From a virus (Duplodnaviria > Caudoviricetes): 51,034 nt of DNA. The translations under genes were made by a program, and so were the position numbers. Below are positions 47,424-51,034 of this stretch, piece after piece; the stretch's first letter is position 1; every line of letters starts with the position of its first letter. Below the pieces are notes generated by a model, which was given only the letters and a program-made list of their open reading frames with translations, was not told the origin of the DNA and did not search any database. The stretch is from positions 1-51,034 of the IMG/VR virus record IMGVR_UViG_3300021432_000012; one strand, given 5' to 3'.

Positions 47424-48719
47424 TTAAGAATGAATATTCCAGTGTTGCGGTAAATGTGACGCAATTCCGACTTTCACTATCTGGCATTGATTGGCATCTG
47501 AAGTTACCTGATTAAGAGTAGACCGTGCTAAATCAATGTGAGTGCCGTCTATTTGCATGGCAATGCTGTAGTACTGCCCCATATCTTGCTCGTTCAATAG
47601 ATAATCATGCGCCGCCATGTCACCACCAGAAGTTAAATTGGCTACGTAATCTGCTACTTGGGAATAGAGTGTACCTGCATTCATACCAGCGTCAAGTTTG
47701 GCAGTATAAAAAGCTTCTCCTGCTGCGTCGGCATCCCGTCCAAGCACAAAATGAAACATATCATCTACTATCTGCTTATTAGTTTCTCCAGCGTGGATAG
47801 CTTGGGCTTCTGGCGAATTCCACATGGATTGAGCAATAGTGTCGGCAGAATACGTACCTGCTTTTAACAAGTCTGTAAAAAACTTCTCGCCTCCTGCTTC
47901 CGGCAGCCTACGCATTTCTATCGCGTACAACTGAGCTATTTTGGCAGACTCTACGGAGTAAGTCTGATTCACGCCTTCAAAACCGCTTATTGCATACAGT
48001 TCCCAAACATTAGCCATGTGGTTGACAGGACTCCAGTCACCCGGGAACTCATTCATCGGGATAACCTCTAGCCCATTGTCTCCATAACCAGTACCCCATG
48101 AATTTTGGATTATTAAGGAGCCTAGCGGGTTCGCTTGGGAGGCGTCCAAACCTTTATCGTACCCTATGATAGTTGCGCAGTGGCCGCCAAGCAGACCGGA
48201 ACTTGGGGAGTTTGCAGCGTGCAGCGTGTTTAATGGGCCGTGTTCCCACGTCAGCCAATCCTTAGCATTGAAGTCCATCTGCACCGGTTTTCCTTGCTTT
48301 AACTCCCCAATAATCCAATCCAGCATGACATAGTTCTGCTGGCAAGGGGCTAGCAAGTCTGCATCGTAACCTGTAATGGTGTGCTTGGCGGCTTCTTGGT
48401 ACACTGCGTCCGGCGCTTTTGTCATTGCATTTGTATCGTTGTATGCCCACATGGATTCTGGAGCTACGCCTTTTGTTTCTAAGTCTGCCAGCACTTGCGA
48501 TGTTATTGTGCCGTAAGGTATGGAGTGATGAAGGATGTCCTCTTGGCCGTTCCAATAAACAAAATCGCGTGACCCGTTGAATGTGGCCTTACCCTGCAAT
48601 TGTTCAATTAAATTGATTGATGTCATCATTGCATTAGGAACACATGACCCTTGATCCGCTTGATCGTAAGTTTGTCCAATAAACTGTGTGAGATAGATAC
48701 TGGTAGGCGAAGTAGACAT
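47424..48719 (-). CDS. Papain-family (C1A) cysteine protease fused to a DUF4214-like C-terminal region
   Basis: DQADQGSCVPNA (Q, C), GGHCATIIGYD (H), IIQNSWGTGYGDNG (N); RLPEAGGEKFF and VLGRDADAAGEAFY repeats; AGGAGG RBS. Confidence 0.9.
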   Translation of the reverse strand: MSTSPTSIYLTQFIGQTYDQADQGSCVPNAMMTSINLIEQLQGKATFNGSRDFVYWNGQEDILHHSIPYGTITSQVLADLETKGVAPESMWAYNDTNAMTKAPDAVYQEAAKHTITGYDADLLAPCQQNYVMLDWIIGELKQGKPVQMDFNAKDWLTWEHGPLNTLHAANSPSSGLLGGHCATIIGYDKGLDASQANPLGSLIIQNSWGTGYGDNGLEVIPMNEFPGDWSPVNHMANVWELYAISGFEGVNQTYSVESAKIAQLYAIEMRRLPEAGGEKFFTDLLKAGTYSADTIAQSMWNSPEAQAIHAGETNKQIVDDMFHFVLGRDADAAGEAFYTAKLDAGMNAGTLYSQVADYVANLTSGGDMAAHDYLLNEQDMGQYYSIAMQIDGTHIDLARSTLNQVTSDANQCQIVKVGIASHLPQHWNIHS

Positions 48720-48734
48720 TTTTCCTCCTTGAAT

Positions 48735-48938
48735 TTAAATCGTGAAAGAGCCAAATATTTTTTGCAGCCAATTACGATCATCCTCTATAGTTATTTGGCT
48801 ACGCATAATAGCAGGGCCGTTAAATTTAACATGTTCTTTCTGCAATCTCTCATGTCGGTTAAGCATAGCAGTTCTTTGAACTTTCATGCGACGGTCTTTC
48901 TGTTCTTTGGCTAATTCGTGGCCTCGATTAGTTTTCAT
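48735..48938 (-). CDS. Hypothetical basic protein
   Basis: AGGA RBS; ends RNWLQKIFG. Confidence 0.55.
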   Translation of the reverse strand: MKTNRGHELAKEQKDRRMKVQRTAMLNRHERLQKEHVKFNGPAIMRSQITIEDDRNWLQKIFGSFTI

Positions 48939-49166
48939 GTCCTACTTTCTGGCATGTACTTTTTGAATTAGTAGGAGCGCTTGAAGCTTAGCAAGTGCGG
49001 CTACTAGCCTCTCCATTTCATTGATTAATTCAAGCTCAAGTTCGATTCGAGTTTTCATATATCACATTCCATATGAGAAGTAAAAGACTGGCGAATGCTA
49101 TACACAATAAAGCCAGAGGAACAATTAAAGGAAAAGCAATAAAAGATATAATCCTAAGAGCAGTTC

Positions 49167-49370
49167 TCATTTTGGCATCCATAGGTATTGAACACGAAAA
49201 CCGAATATTTCAATGTACTTCATATATCGGAATTTTATTCTGAAAATTCTCGGCCCAAAGCGAGACTTATAGAAATACAGACCAATGCGCCAAAACCTAA
49301 CCCAAGATGCATAATCACGATCAATTGTCAGACTGAGTGATCCGAATGAGTAATGCTTAATCCTCTTCAT
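49167..49370 (-). CDS. Hypothetical aromatic/basic protein
   Basis: ORF in leftward operon. Confidence 0.5.
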   Translation of the reverse strand: MKRIKHYSFGSLSLTIDRDYASWVRFWRIGLYFYKSRFGPRIFRIKFRYMKYIEIFGFRVQYLWMPK

Positions 49371-49551
49371 TTTGTAATCTCTTCACTTGCATTTCTGGCT
49401 TGCGTGACCGAACCCATGCAGCGTATGCAATAGGGTCTTTTTTATCATATGTCATAGTCCGTGTCATATGGCCTTGGTCACGCAATGACTGAGAAAGAAG
49501 ATCACTTTTCCCATCCATGTAAAAGGTAGGAGATACAGAAATAGTTTCCAT
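49357..49551 (-). CDS. Hypothetical protein
   Basis: AAGGA RBS. Confidence 0.5.
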   Translation of the reverse strand: METISVSPTFYMDGKSDLLSQSLRDQGHMTRTMTYDKKDPIAYAAWVRSRKPEMQVKRLQNEED

Positions 49552-49686
49552 TTCATTTTTCCTTATAATGCGGAGGATGATTAATGCCGCATATCACAAG
49601 ATAGCCTATTAACAGGAAAATCCCAAGGATAAAAAAGAGAGTTAGCATGCCATCCTCCGGTTATGCAAGATCGACGTTAGCGATGA

Positions 49687-50328
49687 TTATGCTGCTTTAC
49701 GTTTTACTGAGTCTAATTTTTTGATATGTGATCTGATTTTACTACCCATCAAAGACCATAGGGCTATCTTTTCCTCTTGAGAGGGTATTCCGTGCCATAA
49801 ACTGAATAGTTCATCGTCTTTCGAATCTGAGAAAAGCGCGTCAAGCTCATCCCTGATTCCAAGAAGTTTATGCTGATTTGTGGGCGAAAGTTTTTCAAAT
49901 GCACCGTCAGTTCCTGATATCGTTTCTTTCTTCTTAGTATTCGTTGCTTTCTGTCCGTCATCATCATCTTGATAGAGACCAGTGATTGCTGCTAATGAGT
50001 AGCGCCTACCATAAGTTAGTGCCGATCCAAATCCCTGCGGATCATTTTTCACTATTGGCATAGTAAGCTCACTCTCAATCCATTCACCAGAGCTATGCAT
50101 TAGCCGCGTAACAAGGCTTATATGCATATCTGACGTCTTACCAGGGCTTTGCATAAAAACTATGCCATTGCTATTTAAAGCTATTTTGACGGCATCGATT
50201 ACTGATGGCAAATCCGCGTATTTTGATTTCAAGTGCGGATTTACAGAATCCTTAATAGCAAAAGTTATTTGTTTTTGAGCCTCTAAGAAAGCTGGCAAAA
50301 ATGATGTTAATGATTCGCTAGTATTCAT
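49687..50328 (-). CDS. erf: ERF-family single-strand annealing recombinase
   Basis: KDSVNPHLKSKYADL...H.SGEWI...DPQGFGSALTYGRRYSL...DDDG; GAGG RBS before ATG 50328. Confidence 0.93.
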   Translation of the reverse strand: MNTSESLTSFLPAFLEAQKQITFAIKDSVNPHLKSKYADLPSVIDAVKIALNSNGIVFMQSPGKTSDMHISLVTRLMHSSGEWIESELTMPIVKNDPQGFGSALTYGRRYSLAAITGLYQDDDDGQKATNTKKKETISGTDGAFEKLSPTNQHKLLGIRDELDALFSDSKDDELFSLWHGIPSQEEKIALWSLMGSKIRSHIKKLDSVKRKAA

Positions 50329-50335
50329 ATTTTCC

Positions 50336-50566
50336 TCAATGATTAGCAACGTACAAGACAGTAATCGCACAGATAGCAATTACAATTCCGCTGATAATCA
50401 AACTTACATCGATACCAGGGGCTGATTCGCCAAGTATATAATCTGATTGCATATGCGCACGATTCAGCCGTGCTAATTTACGCCAAGTGCGCCAATTTGC
50501 ATACTTTATTGAGATACGCGCACTCAATAATCGGATCATTGATTGTATTATCTGTTTCACAATCAT
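50336..50566 (-). CDS. Small protein with C-terminal TM
   Basis: ATGA-coupled to repeat gene B; LIISGIVIAICAITVLYV. Confidence 0.6.
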   Translation of the reverse strand: MIVKQIIQSMIRLLSARISIKYANWRTWRKLARLNRAHMQSDYILGESAPGIDVSLIISGIVIAICAITVLYVANH

Positions 50567-51018
50567 TTCCTTTTTAGTTGAGGTGCCGTGAAACTCGCTC
50601 CTTCGCGGACATACACATCGTTGCACTTTGCCAGCGCCGGGGCCGTGAAACTACCTCCTTCGTAGACAACCACATTGTTGCACTTTGCTAGCACCGGGAC
50701 CGTGAAACTCGCTCCTTCGTAGACAACCACATCGTTGCACTTTGCTAGCACCGGGACCGTGAAACTCGCTCCTTCGCGGACATACACATTGTTGCACTTT
50801 GCCAGCGCCGGGACCGTGAAACTCGCTCCTTCGCGGACAACCACATCGTTGCACTTTGCTAGCACCGGGACCGTGAAACTCGCTCCTTCGTAGACATACA
50901 CATTGCCGCACTTTGCCAGCGCCGGGGCCGATATTTCAACCCCAGAAGGAATAATCAACTGACCTGCAAACTTCCCACTGCAAAGAACCATGAAAACATC
51001 AAAAGCTTCCTGATTCAC
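50563..51018 (-). CDS. Tandem-repeat solenoid protein, copy B, 6 x 19-aa units; probably 5'-truncated
   Basis: Same 31-aa leader and PQLKRK tail as copy A, with a different unit composition. Confidence 0.85.
   Translation of the reverse strand: MNQEAFDVFMVLCSGKFAGQLIIPSGVEISAPALAKCGNVYVYEGASFTVPVLAKCNDVVVREGASFTVPALAKCNNVYVREGASFTVPVLAKCNDVVVYEGASFTVPVLAKCNNVVVYEGGSFTAPALAKCNDVYVREGASFTAPQLKRK
50584..50925 (-). repeat. Coding tandem array, 6 x 57 bp
   Basis: Direct reading. Confidence 0.95.
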
Positions 51019-51034
51019 TGCAATGATTTTTGCG

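Larger units (their letters stand above)
50560..51034 (-). repeat. Right terminal inverted repeat (pairs with 1-589)
   Basis: Reverse complement of the left end, with 6 instead of 8 units. Confidence 0.95.

Overview
Near-complete ~51 kb genome of a tailed dsDNA phage (Caudoviricetes, podovirus-like). The host is Gram-negative, based on the nested Rz/Rz1 spanins. Left arm (+): small early genes, an SF2 helicase, a Zn-ribbon/TOPRIM primase and an atypical tRNA-Gly. Middle (+): TerS, TerL, portal, a fibre-like module, GroES, scaffold, major capsid protein, adaptors, nozzle, four ejection proteins (one with a lytic transglycosylase domain) and holin-endolysin-spanins. Right arm (-): ERF recombinase, small genes and a papain-like protease fused to DUF4214-like repeats. 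No integrase, DNA polymerase or clear CI repressor is visible. Main points of interest: (1) both ends carry inverted copies of one gene built from 57-bp/19-aa solenoid repeats (8 vs 6 units) that vary almost only non-synonymously at a few positions, and the outermost 127 bp are identical, so the segment holding their 5' ends is probably missing; (2) a 1198-bp GC-rich, transposase-less cassette (14215-15412; 25-bp TIRs, 8-bp target duplication) interrupts a small phage gene and carries a PAPS-reductase-family gene followed in frame, across a UGA and a strong hairpin, by a start-less HNH-like ORF; (3) a glycine-zipper/Q-N-rich protein module, a Pro-rich peptide plus membrane protein pair, and several structured RNA leaders. 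All protein calls come from motif recognition by eye; no database searches were run.
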